Below, piece by piece: positions 63,280-64,000 of a DNA stretch of 64,000 nucleotides. The notes under the pieces are model-generated. The model made no database searches. It was given only the letters and a program-made list of their open reading frames with translations, and had not been told where the DNA came from. How positions within the stretch are numbered: position 1 is the stretch's first letter; every line of letters starts with the position of its first letter. The stretch is taken from IMG/VR virus record IMGVR_UViG_3300031963_000016, positions 1-64,000 of that record; one strand, given 5' to 3'. The translations under genes and the position numbers were made by a program. The DNA comes from a virus.

Positions 63280-64000
63280 TGAATTTTTATTATGGTATCG
63301 TAGAAAATAGACAAGATCCTTTAAAACTTGGTAGATGTCAAGTAAGGATAGTTGGTCTGCACACGCATGATAAATCTCAACTTCCAACAGAAGAATTACC
63401 ATGGTCTGTTCCTATACAACCAGTAGTTTCTGCAGCAATGAACGGGATTGGATTTTCTCCAGTTGGACCAGTTGAAGGAACTTCTGTTATCATTATATTT
63501 GCAGATGAAGATCAACAACAACCAATTATTCTTGGAACTGTTGGTGGTATTTCTACTACACCTGGATCTATAGATGTTGATGATGATGCAGGAATATTAC
63601 CTTCTGTAAAAACTAGTGATATTAAATTAAGAACTATTCCTGGACCAGTTAATGGAACTGTTATCACGTTTTATGATCCAGATGGCGAGGTAACAAATTT
63701 TACTGGTAATTTAAGACCTAATATGTACGTTTATGGATTTGGTATTCCAGATGGTGCCACTATTGTTTCCATAAATGGAAGAGATAAAATTACAATTAGT
63801 AAGCCAGTAAATGCCTTTGGCGAAAATATACTCACATTTGGAGATCCACCATCTAATTTAAATGCTGTAACACAAAGCAAGTTACAGGGAGTATTGGTTG
63901 ATGGTTCTGGTAATCCTGTGTTATCTGGTAGTGGTCAGCCAGTAACTACGGGAAGCGCATCGCCAACTCCAGTTCAATCTACAGTTGTAAATGATTCTAT
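63279..64000 (+). CDS. 5: Baseplate central spike gp5 (partial)
   Basis: FYYGIVENRQDPLKLGRCQVRIVGLH...LPW...GPVEGTSV OB-fold. Confidence 0.93.
   Translation, partial: MNFYYGIVENRQDPLKLGRCQVRIVGLHTHDKSQLPTEELPWSVPIQPVVSAAMNGIGFSPVGPVEGTSVIIIFADEDQQQPIILGTVGGISTTPGSIDVDDDAGILPSVKTSDIKLRTIPGPVNGTVITFYDPDGEVTNFTGNLRPNMYVYGFGIPDGATIVSINGRDKITISKPVNAFGENILTFGDPPSNLNAVTQSKLQGVLVDGSGNPVLSGSGQPVTTGSASPTPVQSTVVNDS

Overview
64-kb segment of an AT-rich T4-like (Tevenvirinae/Kyanoviridae-like) myophage, probably infecting a freshwater betaproteobacterium (inferred from the tmRNA tag, ahpC/ahpD and a Burkholderiales-type small gene). In order: nrdA/nrdB, guaC, a BI-1/YccA protein, a fatty-acid desaturase and an envelope-protein operon; early genes behind stem-loop plus sigma70 promoter cassettes (dsbA, rnh, dCMP deaminase, ahpC/ahpD); an array of 29 CCA-ending tRNAs covering all 20 amino acids with interspersed structured non-tRNA elements; an accessory region (2OG-Fe(II) oxygenases, antitoxin-like domains, AAA ATPase, HNH); phoH, a GH19 endolysin, a circularly permuted two-piece tmRNA, SleB and ClpP; then core genes 33, 59, 32, tape measure, 51, 26, 16, 54, 2, 4, 48, 53 and partial 5. 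Main discovery candidate: a 40-codon leader ORF containing all 20 amino acids (32 different codons) coupled to overlapping antiterminator/terminator hairpins directly upstream of the tRNA array, i.e. a putative general tRNA-depletion-sensing attenuator. Other highlights: permuted tmRNA plus ArfA-like peptide plus ClpP, tRNA-Ile(UAU) with a long extra arm, tRNA-Thr(AGU), three candidate ncRNAs, and a slippery T8 that would fuse gp26 to gp51 by a -1 frameshift. All family calls are from motif recognition, not database searches.
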